Shown piece by piece: positions 48,012-58,212 of a DNA stretch of 64,000 nucleotides. The translations under genes and the position numbers were made by a program. How positions within the stretch are numbered: position 1 is the stretch's first letter; every line of letters begins with the position of its first letter. Where the stretch lies: contig CAKVLP010000001.1 in the NCBI GenBank assembly GCA_934757825.1, positions 183,267 through 247,266 of the forward strand. Reading direction: 5' to 3'. A model generated the notes under the pieces. That model saw only the letters and a program-made list of their open reading frames with translations. It was not told where the DNA came from and did no database searches. Origin of the DNA: an uncultured Clostridia bacterium. Lineage in GTDB: Bacteria > Bacillota > Clostridia > Christensenellales > UBA1242.

Positions 48012-48184
48012 AAGTTTTAATATATTAAATATCAATTGCACTAAAAATTGTACCCATTATTAAAATGTGTAAAAACCATTATTGCAATTGTCATTCAATT
48101 TTAATCTTAGCATAGATTTTTCCTTTAAATTACAATAAAAGTTTACACCCAATGTATAAGACTTGTCAATATTTTTTGTTATAA

Positions 48185-48973
48185 TTATTTGCTTGTAGTC
48201 TTATAAATCGCGTTAATTAAGCAACTTGTAGGCAAAAATCTGCTAACAAAATGAAGAAGTTTCATTTTTCCGCTAATTATGTACATAGGTTTTGTGCGTT
48301 TTTTATAACCAACTTTTAGGGCGCATTGAGCAACCTTAATTGGATCCATTCGCTTTTTGTCAGCCTCTTCGCTATCAAAACGCGCTTGCGCCGAAAGTGG
48401 TCTATCGCCGTAGCGCTCGTTTGTTTCAAGCACAACAGTTTTGTTTTTAGTAAAGTTGGTGCGAATATTTCCAGGGCAAAGTGCCACAACGTCTATTCCA
48501 TAATCTTTAAGTTCGTTTCGCTGTGCATAACTTAGTGTCAAAACTGCCGATTTCGATGCACCATACATACTGCGATATGGCATTGGGAATAGCGCCATAC
48601 AACTGCTAATGTTTATAATTCTCCCGCCTTTTTGCATAAGTGGAAGCGCATATCTTGTGCAATTGATAACCCCATAAACGTTTACGGCAAATTGCTTTTC
48701 GATTGCTTTGGTTGGAATTAGTTCCAACACGCCATTAAGCCCGTAGCCCGCGTTGTTTATCAATATATCCACTCTGCCAAATTTCTCTTTTATCTTCTCA
48801 AAACAGTCCTTAATGTTTTCCTCGTCGGTCACATCGCAATAGTAAAAGTTTTCTATTCCCTCTCCGCCCATATTGGCAAGCGTAACCACAGTGTCGCCTT
48901 TTGCCTTGTATAGTTCGGCGGTTTTTAATCCTATTCCACTAGTCGCGCCAGTAATAACCACAACTTTATTCAT
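48185..48973 (-). CDS. SDR family oxidoreductase
   Basis: VVVITGATSGIG Rossmann motif, NNAG, and S…YGASK catalytic pattern. Confidence 0.85.
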   Translation of the reverse strand: MNKVVVITGATSGIGLKTAELYKAKGDTVVTLANMGGEGIENFYYCDVTDEENIKDCFEKIKEKFGRVDILINNAGYGLNGVLELIPTKAIEKQFAVNVYGVINCTRYALPLMQKGGRIINISSCMALFPMPYRSMYGASKSAVLTLSYAQRNELKDYGIDVVALCPGNIRTNFTKNKTVVLETNERYGDRPLSAQARFDSEEADKKRMDPIKVAQCALKVGYKKRTKPMYIISGKMKLLHFVSRFLPTSCLINAIYKTTSK

Positions 48974-49050
48974 TTTTTACCTTCCATAATTTTAAAGATA
49001 ATATATTATATAATATAGGTATTTAAAAAACAAACAAATTGAATATTTTT

Positions 49051-49399
49051 TTATTCACAAAAACCGCACGCTACACATACTATGAAGTGTATATAAATTG
49101 TATATCACATTCAATTTATATACCCTCCCCTTCTTCCAACTTTTTAAGTTGTTTATATAAAACCCCCTATTTACTTGTCTAAATAGGGGGTTTTTATTGA
49201 AAAGTATAAGTTATCCACAAAATCACAGTGGAATTTTTATAAATTTTGATGAATAAATATAAATTATTGAATAAAAACACAATTTTTTGAATTTTTACAC
49301 ACTTTTTCACCGAAGTTATCCACTTATCCACATTGAAAAGTGGAATTATCCACAAAAAGTTTTCTAAATTTGTTCTAATTTACCCAAAAATGTGAATAA
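49051..49399. promoter_or_regulatory. DnaA-box cluster
   Basis: Plus strand: TTATTCACA 49051-49059, TTATCCACA 49211-49219, TTATCCACT 49316-49324, TTATCCACA 49324-49332, TTATCCACA 49346-49354. Inverted: TGTGAATAA 49391-49399. A very AT-rich stretch (49235-49310) lies between them. Confidence 0.7.
49159..49196. terminator. strong bidirectional intrinsic terminator
   Basis: ccccctattt-acttgtct-aaataggggg, 10-bp stem, flanked by A-rich and TTTTT sequence. Confidence 0.8.
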
Positions 49400-49450
49400 G
49401 TGTGCCAAATTTTTTGAGTTATACACAATAAATTTGATATTTATGCCACA

Positions 49451-50977
49451 CTATGGACAAAATGCGGTTGGAACCACGCCTTGCATATTATCCGAATTTA
49501 TGCACTCGTTTGTATCTTGTATAAGTTCCACATCGCTCTCAATTGCCTCCATTCCAGCAGGTGGAGTTTTGGCGCCCTCTATCACTATGCCGTTTTGAGG
49601 TCGGTAGGTTTCGTGGCGAAGCTCACGCTCTTCCACAAGTTTGCCGTCCTTATATGTTTGCAAATATGATATTGCCTCGTAGCCCTCGCGTGGATATGAC
49701 AATCTATAATACTCGCCCCTAAACAAAACCTTGTCGCTATATTCGCCTTTTTCGTCCACTTTGACCACGTCGCCACTATGTGCGATTACTTGCACGGTTT
49801 CACTACGCGTATCGTAAGTAACACCCTCAGCATTTAAAGCGCTATATAGTTCCACCGAGACCGATTTAGCGTCGGAGAAAGTGTGGATATATATGTCTTT
49901 TCCAGTGTTATTTGTAAATTTTAAATCAGACAAATATTCTGCTACCATAGCGTCAAGCGCAAGAGGCACATATTTGACTGGGAGCGTATGTTTGTGGACT
50001 TCGTCGATTGTAACTCCCGCACGAAGAAGCGCGTTATATAGTGTTGTGCTTGCTTGGCATATTCCGCCACCAACGCCATCGACAAATCGGCTATTGTAAA
50101 TTACGGTTGCTGTTTTGTAGCCCGCTTCCAAGGTGTGCGGTCCAGTAATTTTGTTAAACGACACAGTTTCGCCATTTTTCAAAATGTAGCCATCAAACTT
50201 TTCAAGTGCAAGTTTAACGTTGTGTTTTCTATTTCCAGTGCTATCCGCAACATTTGTGCTAAACTTTGCTACAAGTTTTGTGCTATTTATGTTGTCCTCC
50301 TTGGTGCAATCGGCAGGTTGTTCGAATGTTGGCACCTCCACGACAACTTTGTTGTTTTTAAGGAATTGGTTGTTTATCATCTCGTAAAGAAGTGACTTAT
50401 CCGCCCTTAGTCCCGACTTACTTTCGCTTATTTCAAACATTTTGTCTGCTTGCGGGTCAAACTTTATTTCGCTATTTACAGGTTCAACCTCAATCTCGCT
50501 AATAACTTCCTCGATTTTTTCGTCAAGTCCAACAAATAGGTAGTTAAAGGCGATGTTTAGGTTTTTGCCGTCCATACTATTTAGATAATCCACTTGGCTT
50601 TCGTACGAGCCCACTTCGCTTTCGCGGTTTTGCGCCATATCGAGGATTGTGTGAATGTCGCTATTGACCTCAAAATCCTTCTTTGTAAAGTTCCAATTTC
50701 TATCATTATAACTTAGTGTCAAATCAAACTCTTTTGCGTTTTCACTAAACACTTGCGTCAGATATTCCACCGCGCGTTCGTTGTTCATTCCAGCGATATT
50801 GTAGCCGTTTATGGTTGTGCCGTTGCCAAAGGTTTTTTCACTTTTACCTTGCAGAATGTAAAACTGCCCGACCACCACCATAACCATCACAAACGCCAAA
50901 AGCGTCAGCGCCATAAAGACCCTGGTTGTATTGTCGCTCGTTTTTTTAACCGCTTTTTTCGCTCTACCCTTAGACAT
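49451..50977 (-). CDS. VanW family protein (N-terminal TM, C-terminal G5-like region)
   Basis: …ATVIYNSRFVDGVGGGICQASTTLYNALLRAGV… is the VanW core. Start placed at MSKGRAKK (GAGG-6nt-ATG). Confidence 0.8.
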   Translation of the reverse strand: MSKGRAKKAVKKTSDNTTRVFMALTLLAFVMVMVVVGQFYILQGKSEKTFGNGTTINGYNIAGMNNERAVEYLTQVFSENAKEFDLTLSYNDRNWNFTKKDFEVNSDIHTILDMAQNRESEVGSYESQVDYLNSMDGKNLNIAFNYLFVGLDEKIEEVISEIEVEPVNSEIKFDPQADKMFEISESKSGLRADKSLLYEMINNQFLKNNKVVVEVPTFEQPADCTKEDNINSTKLVAKFSTNVADSTGNRKHNVKLALEKFDGYILKNGETVSFNKITGPHTLEAGYKTATVIYNSRFVDGVGGGICQASTTLYNALLRAGVTIDEVHKHTLPVKYVPLALDAMVAEYLSDLKFTNNTGKDIYIHTFSDAKSVSVELYSALNAEGVTYDTRSETVQVIAHSGDVVKVDEKGEYSDKVLFRGEYYRLSYPREGYEAISYLQTYKDGKLVEERELRHETYRPQNGIVIEGAKTPPAGMEAIESDVELIQDTNECINSDNMQGVVPTAFCP

Positions 50978-51033
50978 AAAAAACCTCACACTTTTTTATT
51001 TTAGTATGAGGTATTTTTTATTATATATTCACT

Positions 51034-52284
51034 TTATTTGCTCGTTTTTATTGTCGCAAGCACCTTTTTAAGTTCGGCATTTTCGTTTTTCACTTTTCCC
51101 ATAAGACACATATCAAACAACAGTTTTTGGATTTGCGAAATCTTGTTTTGTGGCACAAATGTGGCAATCTCTTCCGCCGTAATTTGCAACTGGCTTATGT
51201 TTAGCGGAACCCCACCAAGTTTTAGTTCCAACACCTTTTCGCTCACTGGCTTAACGTCGCAAAACACATTAACCGCCGACCTTTGCACATCGGTCAAATT
51301 GTGATAGTTTATGGCGACCAACTCATTAAGAGGCTTAAACCTAATTTGCTGAAAAACAAGATATGCGCGAGTTAAATTACACGCCAAATCGCGGGGAAGT
51401 CTAAGCACATTGCTTAGCATCATCACATCGCAATTTATTTGCCCCTCTTGCATATATCTAAACTCATATTTGTTGGCAAGATACAACATTAAAAACGCTA
51501 GGAATTTAGACTCTTTTGGAGATTTTAAGAATCTTTTGTAGTCATCGGATTTAATGTTAATTTGAAAGCCCTCGTTAAGATTTCCAAAAAGATATTTGTA
51601 CAACTTTAATCCATTAAAATATATTAAAAACTCGTTTTTCTGAGCACCATATTTAAACTCGGACAGCACAATTTTTTTAAGTTCGGCATATTTTCGTTCG
51701 GGCGAAATGCAGTCCAATTGATACACCATTTCGCACGCTGTTTTAAAGGTTTTTGCGTCGATTTTAAAGCCGAGTTCGCAAGCAAATCGCACAAGCCTTA
51801 GTATTCTAAGCCCGTCAGAAGAAAACACAAAAAGCGGTGTTTCAATACATTTGACCACCTTGTTTTGTATGTCGCCGGCACCGTTGTATGGGTCAAAAAT
51901 TTTACCCGTAGAGATGTTAAAATATATGACGTTGCAAGTAAAGTCTCTACGCCTTGCGTCGACCATAATGTCATCAACAAACTCCACGCTTTCTGGCGAG
52001 TGGTTGCCACGCACGTAGTTTTCACGGCGAAAAGGCGTGTATTCGTATTGCTCGTCACCGATAGTTATTAGTAACGTGCCAAGTTTTTCGTTAACTCTTT
52101 TTACTTTATAGCCCGCGTCAATGCAAATCTTTTCGACCATGTTGCTTCCAAGTGGTGAGCAAATGTCAATATCGAAACACGGAATATTTAGTATCGCATT
52201 ACGCACATATCCGCCCACTATATACAACTTGCCGTCGCATAGTTCCGCCAATCTTTTTAAATTGTCACTAACCTTTATTTCCAT
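51034..52284 (-). CDS. cca: CCA-adding tRNA nucleotidyltransferase / poly(A) polymerase family
   Basis: LYIVGGYVRNAILNIPCFDIDICS (GG.vRd…D.D motif) and RRDFTCN. Confidence 0.8.
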   Translation of the reverse strand: MEIKVSDNLKRLAELCDGKLYIVGGYVRNAILNIPCFDIDICSPLGSNMVEKICIDAGYKVKRVNEKLGTLLITIGDEQYEYTPFRRENYVRGNHSPESVEFVDDIMVDARRRDFTCNVIYFNISTGKIFDPYNGAGDIQNKVVKCIETPLFVFSSDGLRILRLVRFACELGFKIDAKTFKTACEMVYQLDCISPERKYAELKKIVLSEFKYGAQKNEFLIYFNGLKLYKYLFGNLNEGFQINIKSDDYKRFLKSPKESKFLAFLMLYLANKYEFRYMQEGQINCDVMMLSNVLRLPRDLACNLTRAYLVFQQIRFKPLNELVAINYHNLTDVQRSAVNVFCDVKPVSEKVLELKLGGVPLNISQLQITAEEIATFVPQNKISQIQKLLFDMCLMGKVKNENAELKKVLATIKTSK

Positions 52285-52317
52285 ATGTTTATTATATCAA
52301 CAAATCCGCATTTATTC

Positions 52318-52364
52318 AAAACAAAACACCCTTTATTTTAACAAATCCACTAAAATAAAGGGCG
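52318..52364 (-). terminator. candidate intrinsic terminator after degV paralogue 2
   Basis: 11-bp stem ccctttatttt/aaaataaaggg with a 12-nt loop. On the minus RNA it is followed by UGUUUUGUUUUG. Confidence 0.45.
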
Positions 52365-52474
52365 TAAATATAATGTATATAAATTTATATTTTTTACGTT
52401 AGGAATTAGTCGTGCTGTTTCAAAATTCTGTTTATGCTCTTCTAAAAAACGTGTTTCGACAGCCTTTCGGTTTA

Positions 52475-53344
52475 CTATTTAATCCTTTTATCCTCAGTGT
52501 AAAATAGTGCAAGTGAGTCGGGTCCGCCGTGGCTTGCAACGCACGCATTCAATGGGACAATAACCACATCAACATCAAGTTTTTCCGTGATTAGGTTTTT
52601 AAGTTCTAGGGCGTCATTTTCACAATCGGCGTGAGTGATTATTACTCGCTTGCTTTGGTGGTTGTAGTTTTGTACCATTATGTCGGCTAGTTCTTTAATT
52701 GCCTTTTTTCTGCCCATAACTTTTCTAAACGGTACAATTATTCCGTCGTCGCCCACCCTTAAAACCGGCTTAATTTGTAGCAGGTTTCCGATAAACGCCG
52801 TAACCGCTTTAATTCTGCCACCGCGCGCCAAAAATTTTAGCGAGTCAAGCGTAAAACTGTGCGCAATGTTAAGTTTTACACTCTCCACAAACTCTTTTGC
52901 CTCTTCCACATTAGATATTTTGCCCGCGCACACTTCGTCCAAAAGCATTTTAACCAAAACACCCACACCACCCGACTGGCAAAGGGAGTCCACCACAACA
53001 ACTTTATTTTTGTGTTTTGCATTTACTTCTTCCGACGCTCTTTGGAAGTTGTTAAATGTGTTGCTCATTCCGCTTGAAAAACTTATGTGAATTACGTCCT
53101 TCCCCGTTTCAAGGAGTTTTTCCAAATATTTGGTTGCCTCGTATTCGTTTACTTGCGAGGTTTTGATAATCGTGCCCGCTCTTAACAGCCTCGCAATTTC
53201 CTGCCTTGTGTGTTTTTTCTCATCGGTCTTAAAAGTTTCGCCGTTAATGTTGTATTCCATTGGGCACACGCAAACTCCATATTTTTCCACAGTTAATTCG
53301 TCTATATCGCAAGCGTCCTCCACGCTTATCAAAAACTTTTCCAT
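52475..53344 (-). CDS. DegV family fatty-acid-binding protein
   Basis: …LKFLARGGRIKAVTAFIGNLLQIKPVLRV…. Confidence 0.85.
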   Translation of the reverse strand: MEKFLISVEDACDIDELTVEKYGVCVCPMEYNINGETFKTDEKKHTRQEIARLLRAGTIIKTSQVNEYEATKYLEKLLETGKDVIHISFSSGMSNTFNNFQRASEEVNAKHKNKVVVVDSLCQSGGVGVLVKMLLDEVCAGKISNVEEAKEFVESVKLNIAHSFTLDSLKFLARGGRIKAVTAFIGNLLQIKPVLRVGDDGIIVPFRKVMGRKKAIKELADIMVQNYNHQSKRVIITHADCENDALELKNLITEKLDVDVVIVPLNACVASHGGPDSLALFYTEDKRIK

Positions 53345-53508
53345 ATCTCCTCCGCTAGTAGTAATATTATATGCTTAGTATACAAAGTAAGTATTTTTCT
53401 ATCAATCTACTTTGATATTAGGCTATTATACTTTTTGTTTTTGAGCCAATAGACTTTAAAATTATAACTCTACTCACAGTAGAATTGTGCCAAACCGCGT
53501 GTAATTGC

Positions 53509-53537
53509 TTGCAATTTTGGCAAAAAAACTGTATTAT
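53509..53537 (+). promoter_or_regulatory. sigma-A promoter positioned for a leaderless XRE mRNA
   Basis: TTGCAA-17nt-TATTAT. The ATG at 53544 begins 7 nt after the -10, and there is no SD. Confidence 0.5.
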
Positions 53538-53543
53538 GTAAAT

Positions 53544-54143
53544 ATGGACGAATTAAAAAATACAATTGCTAAAAACTTAATATACTATCGCACCCAAGCG
53601 AAACTTACGCAATTCGAACTAGCGACCAAACTCAATTATTCGGATAAATCCATATCTAAATGGGAGCGTGGCGCGGGAATTCCCGATGTGGTTATTTTAA
53701 AACAACTTGCCGATTTGTACGGCATAAAGGTGGACGACTTTTTCTCGGAAGAAAACCCAGAGGTTGAACCTGAAAACAAAACACAAAACCTTAACATAAA
53801 GCACTTGTTTATAATGCTACTATCGGTCGGACTTGTTTGGGTTTTGGCGAGCGTGGTGTTTGTGGCGCTTCTTTGGCTAAACATTCCAAAGTCGTGGCTA
53901 TCTTTTATCACGGCAATTCCAGTAACTATGATTGTGCTTGTTGTGCTTAGCCGAATTTGGTACAAACCATATATTGTTTGCGTCTTCGTGTCGCTTCTAA
54001 TCTGGACACTAGCCCTAACAATCTATCTTTTCACAATAAAAACTCACAGTTATTATTTGTTTATAATTTGCATTCCACTTCAAGTTTTGGTTGCGCTATG
54101 GTTTGTGTTTAGAAGCAAAATATTAAAACAACTTTCAAAATAA
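53544..54143 (+). CDS. XRE-family HTH regulator fused to a 4-TM membrane domain
   Basis: …LIYYRTQAKLTQFELATKLNYSDKSISKWERGAGIPDVVILKQLADLYG… followed by four hydrophobic helices. The track start (TTG at 53505) lies inside the promoter. Confidence 0.75.
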   Translation: MDELKNTIAKNLIYYRTQAKLTQFELATKLNYSDKSISKWERGAGIPDVVILKQLADLYGIKVDDFFSEENPEVEPENKTQNLNIKHLFIMLLSVGLVWVLASVVFVALLWLNIPKSWLSFITAIPVTMIVLVVLSRIWYKPYIVCVFVSLLIWTLALTIYLFTIKTHSYYLFIICIPLQVLVALWFVFRSKILKQLSK

Positions 54144-54306
54144 GATTTCTAAAGCTGTAAACAAATAATAAAAGGCAAATGTTACACCTTCCCAACCCAA
54201 TCAAGCTCCAACAATCCAAAAATTATTTACAAATCTAAATAAAAAAAGCCCCAAATTACTCTGAGGCTTCATATAATATCCGCTAATATTACAAGAAATT
54301 ATAATT

Positions 54307-54334
54307 AAAAACTCCCACATTCGGGAGTTTTTTT
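54307..54334. terminator. bidirectional intrinsic terminator
   Basis: aactccc-acattc-gggagtt flanked by AAAA and TTTTTTT. It abuts the tilS stop. Confidence 0.7.
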
Positions 54335-55670
54335 AAAATGTTATAAAGTTTACGCCGTACACTTGGGTTGTGGACTTATCCACTCTTACTTTGTCGCTAA
54401 TCTCAACACCTGCAACAACTAAAATTTCATTTCCAAGCGCCAAAACTGGAAGCACGTCTCTAAATCTAGCGGGAACTTTTCGGTCAATGAAGAATTCGTT
54501 AAGCGACTTTTTCCCTCCGCCAAATTTTTCAAAAACGTCGCCGTTTTTCCTAAAACGCCAAACAGCGTTTTTGTCCACTTTTTTTGCGTCAAACACGTTT
54601 TGATATGCGTTTATGTCGACATTGTTTGAAATATACACTTCAAGCACGCCCACTCCTGGCACATTAAATTTGCCACGTTTTAATCTAATAGGTTTTATAT
54701 CGGCTTTAAGTTTTTTGTTTGTAAATGTTATAAATCCATATTCCTTAATAGCCACAACTCCGTTTGGCAAGTTTATTTTTGCACCATTGTCGCCATTGAT
54801 TGCCAAGTCACACACCATATTAAGGTGCTTTTTCTCCACGTCAACACTTGCGCCAATAAGTTTTAGGCACTTAAATATCAATCGACTTGTAAGAGAAGGG
54901 TTGTTAAGAAAATAACTTGAATACGCCTTAACCGTGTTGGCACTTTCTCTAACAATTGCGTTTTTACTAATAAGCGAATTTATAAACTCGTTATCTTGCC
55001 TACATAGTTTTCCAAATTCGCAAATAGTCGAATCAGCATTTTGCCACCTATTTCTAATAAGGGGCATAATCATATTGCGGATAAAATTGCGAGAGTAATC
55101 ATTTTGAAGATTGGTCTCATCTTCCACAAACGGAATATCGTTTGCATGGACATATGCTTGGATTTCGGTCTTAGGAGTATAAAGTAGCGGTCTAATAAAA
55201 CGATCGTCGCGGTTTATTTCCATTCCGCACGCACCGGCAACACCCGCGCCTCTAAATATGTTTAACAAAATTGTTTCCGCTTGGTCTTGCATATGATGAC
55301 CAAGCGCAATCTTGTCAACAACGCCGTCGTCAAGAAGTTTGTTAAACACTTGATAGCGCCCCTCTCTCGCACCCTGCTCAACGCCAAGTTTTTTGTTGCT
55401 ACAAAGTTTGTTTATGTCAAGCACGAAACTATATAGTTTAATTCCGTTTTTCTCGCAGTAGTTTTTGACAAACAAACTATCATTGGCGCTCGTTTTGCGA
55501 AGGGAATGATCGACATTGATTGCTACCAAATTAAACTTTAACTTGTGAGTCAAATGCATCAAAACATTAAGCAGACACATACTATCCTGTCCGCCCGAGC
55601 ACGCAACAGCAATTGTTTCGCCTTCTTTAATTAGTTTGTTATTAACAACAAATTGTTCAATCTTATTCAT
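54333..55670 (-). CDS. tilS: tRNA(Ile)-lysidine synthase
   Basis: PP-loop IAVACSGGQDSMCLL; 445 aa. GAGG-5nt-ATG at 55670; the first track codon is TTG. Confidence 0.9.
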   Translation of the reverse strand: MNKIEQFVVNNKLIKEGETIAVACSGGQDSMCLLNVLMHLTHKLKFNLVAINVDHSLRKTSANDSLFVKNYCEKNGIKLYSFVLDINKLCSNKKLGVEQGAREGRYQVFNKLLDDGVVDKIALGHHMQDQAETILLNIFRGAGVAGACGMEINRDDRFIRPLLYTPKTEIQAYVHANDIPFVEDETNLQNDYSRNFIRNMIMPLIRNRWQNADSTICEFGKLCRQDNEFINSLISKNAIVRESANTVKAYSSYFLNNPSLTSRLIFKCLKLIGASVDVEKKHLNMVCDLAINGDNGAKINLPNGVVAIKEYGFITFTNKKLKADIKPIRLKRGKFNVPGVGVLEVYISNNVDINAYQNVFDAKKVDKNAVWRFRKNGDVFEKFGGGKKSLNEFFIDRKVPARFRDVLPVLALGNEILVVAGVEISDKVRVDKSTTQVYGVNFITF

Positions 55671-55765
55671 CAAAACCTCAATAATTTGTTAATTTTTATA
55701 TAAAAATGCTAATTTTTAAGCAATTTTTATAATTATATAACAAAAAACTAAAATTTTCAAGGTTT

Positions 55766-58039
55766 TTATACTGGAAATACTCTAACCGCCAAAACTGTCA
55801 TATCGTCCTTTATTCTGCCGTCATTTAAGTCCACCGCGCGGTCAAGTATTTCTTCGGAAATTGTCTGCGGATTAGTAGAATTTATATTATACACAAATTC
55901 TTGCAAATCCTCTTTTGTGTCAAAAGCATCACTTATTCCGTCAGAAAGTAGTATGATAATGTCAAAAGGTTGGATTGTTCGTTTTGTAATATGTGGTTTC
56001 ATTTCCTCTAATACGCCTATTGGAAGCCCACTACTTTCTATGACATCTGTCTTATTTGCATTTTTTACAAAGCCATATGTTGCACCAAGTTTTATAAAAT
56101 CACAAAGATTATTATTGAAATCCAGCACACACAAATCAACCGAAGAAAAGTTTTCCTCGTTGTTAAGGCTAAGCAGTCTATTGATGCTACTAAGGATTGT
56201 ATCGTTTTCAAAACCCGCTTTGTAAAAGTTTTCAATAAGCGTAATTGAAAGGTTGGAAATTCGTTGTGCTTTTTCTCCGCTTCCCACTCCGTCACACAAT
56301 GCCACCATATATCTGCCGTTATCGAGTTTTACTACACTATGCGCGTCGCCGTTTTTAAGCACGCCATTTTTGCTTATCGAACTACACCCAAACACTATGT
56401 CAAAGTTTCCTTTGTTTTTAAGGTTGACAACAATAGAATTTGGGATTTGATTTGCATCGGTGTTTGATATCATCATTTTAACACCACACACTTTTGACAC
56501 AACCTTTTCCAAAATCGCCTCGTTTACAACTCCCGGTCGCAAAACAAGCGACACGCTCTTGGACGACATATGTTCCTCGTAGACAATTGCTTCGTAGCAC
56601 ACAATGCCACGATAACTAAGTTCTTCAACCAGCCGTTTTTCCTTTTCGACATCAAAAGTTATATTGAGCCTAACCTCATTGGAAAGTTTGTTAAGCATTT
56701 CCTTAACGCCTAACAATTGGTCGGCTATCAAAATTCGGCTTGCGTCCATATTGTCCACTAACTGTGTGTAATTTCTATAACTTTTCAACATTTGATTGAG
56801 CGTGTTAATCATAAAGTTGACCCGACCGCATTTGGAAGTGACATATTGCGGAACATCAAGCAAATTTACTCGTCCCCGCTCCAATCCGCCGTCAATCAGC
56901 ATAGAAAACACATCTCTAATATTGCTATTTCTACTACAATTATGTTTTTCCGGACAATTACCACAAACCTTACTAAGCAGTTCGTCGGTCAATACTTCTC
57001 GACTTTCGCTTTGTGGCAAAACCCCCTTTATCATTCCGCGATAAACAACGTTCATTTCGTCAAAAACCTGCGCTAGTTCGTTCATTCGCTTGCATATCCC
57101 GCTTTTAGTGCGATTAACAAGGCTCCTTATGGCGAGATTTTCGCGTTTTGCACCAATAAGGTCTTTAATTTTTAAAAACACACGTTTTGGCGTAAACAGG
57201 AATATTAGCCCGGCACCACCCACTGAGAGCAAACTAAACCAAGTAAAGTGAGGATATGCCTTGAAGTACACTCCCATTAAAATTTCTGTAAGTACAACCG
57301 CCACAATACTGAATATTTTGTAATTGGTTTTGAATGCAAGTGCGGACAAGGAATAACCCACAAACACCGCGACGTACAAAATGTTAAGGCTATTAAGCGC
57401 GCATCCTAGCCCGAGCAAACTCGCTATCAAAAATGTGTTTTGCGGAGCGACCATAGAGCAAAGAAGGATAAAATACACACCCACAAATTTTGAAAATTCG
57501 AAAAAGTAAATGTTTATATTCGCTAGTCCCATTCCGAGCACAACAAGCATAAGCGAGCCACAAATTTTCTCGTCCAAGTTTAGTGTCAAATTAAAATCGC
57601 GTGCCACAGCGCCGAAGAAACAAATAGCAACGTATGTAAATATTAGTCCTAGCACCACAGCAAAAGTAAGCATCAGGTTTTGCCTAGCAACCCCAATATT
57701 TAGGTAACAAAAACTCACCATTGATAGTAGATAAGGGATAATTATTGTATAGTGATTTGGTTTTTTCTTAAACTTTTTTGCAACCAGCCAAGAAAGTATT
57801 ACTACGCCAAAAACATTTAGTGATATGTAAAGCGAGTTTAGCCCAAATCCAGCAAAAGTGTTGCCCACCACAAAGCAAATGGCGTGAAGAGGTGTATGTC
57901 GCAAAAAGTACAGCAACGCAATCATCACCGATATGCCAAATGGAGCCAGTCCAAGCCCGCAAGTCGCCCGAGCCAAAACAAAAAACACCAGCACTTCTGC
58001 CACGAGTTTTGATACTTTAACCACCCTATTTTTCCACAT
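55766..58039 (-). CDS. spoIIE: stage II sporulation protein E (membrane PP2C phosphatase)
   Basis: About 10 N-terminal TM segments and a C-terminal PP2C domain (…VALCDGVGSGEKA…, …IIILLSDGISDAF…, …DDMTVLAVRV). Confidence 0.9.
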   Translation of the reverse strand: MWKNRVVKVSKLVAEVLVFFVLARATCGLGLAPFGISVMIALLYFLRHTPLHAICFVVGNTFAGFGLNSLYISLNVFGVVILSWLVAKKFKKKPNHYTIIIPYLLSMVSFCYLNIGVARQNLMLTFAVVLGLIFTYVAICFFGAVARDFNLTLNLDEKICGSLMLVVLGMGLANINIYFFEFSKFVGVYFILLCSMVAPQNTFLIASLLGLGCALNSLNILYVAVFVGYSLSALAFKTNYKIFSIVAVVLTEILMGVYFKAYPHFTWFSLLSVGGAGLIFLFTPKRVFLKIKDLIGAKRENLAIRSLVNRTKSGICKRMNELAQVFDEMNVVYRGMIKGVLPQSESREVLTDELLSKVCGNCPEKHNCSRNSNIRDVFSMLIDGGLERGRVNLLDVPQYVTSKCGRVNFMINTLNQMLKSYRNYTQLVDNMDASRILIADQLLGVKEMLNKLSNEVRLNITFDVEKEKRLVEELSYRGIVCYEAIVYEEHMSSKSVSLVLRPGVVNEAILEKVVSKVCGVKMMISNTDANQIPNSIVVNLKNKGNFDIVFGCSSISKNGVLKNGDAHSVVKLDNGRYMVALCDGVGSGEKAQRISNLSITLIENFYKAGFENDTILSSINRLLSLNNEENFSSVDLCVLDFNNNLCDFIKLGATYGFVKNANKTDVIESSGLPIGVLEEMKPHITKRTIQPFDIIILLSDGISDAFDTKEDLQEFVYNINSTNPQTISEEILDRAVDLNDGRIKDDMTVLAVRVFPV

Positions 58040-58212
58040 AATCTTTTCTCCTATGTCGATAGTTTAGAACACATAAGAAAATCGGACAATTGATTATTAA
58101 AACTTATTTTGTAGATAATGTGCTAAATTTGTAGATTTAAAAAAAATGATATAATTTTTCGATTTTATTTATCATATACATGTTTTACAATAACAAGGAG
58201 AAATCAAAACAA

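Noticed and set aside
47962-48184. A T-box or other attenuator leader upstream of aspS-asnS, since a strong hairpin plus U-run ends ~20 nt before the aspS ATG.
   Set aside because: No T-box core (GGTGG.ACC) or specifier-loop architecture is present on the minus strand. The simpler reading is that the hairpin terminates the upstream SDR gene. A weak promoter (TTGATA-17-TATACC, 48007-48035) overlapping its 5' arm would start the aspS transcript inside the hairpin. That promoter call is itself tentative.
49051-49399. The DnaA-box cluster plus AT-rich stretch as the chromosomal origin (oriC).
   Set aside because: Gene orientation does not flip here. The genes on both sides (SDR, aspS and asnS to the left; VanW, cca, degV, tilS and spoIIE to the right) are predominantly on the minus strand, and no dnaA/dnaN is adjacent. 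I keep it as a DnaA-box cluster finding. Only whole-replicon GC-skew analysis can settle it.
58147-58180. A SigE-type promoter upstream of yabP (ATA…CATATACA).
   Set aside because: Only about 5/7 match to the CATACA-T -10 consensus, and the -35 is ambiguous. This is too weak to call without transcript mapping.
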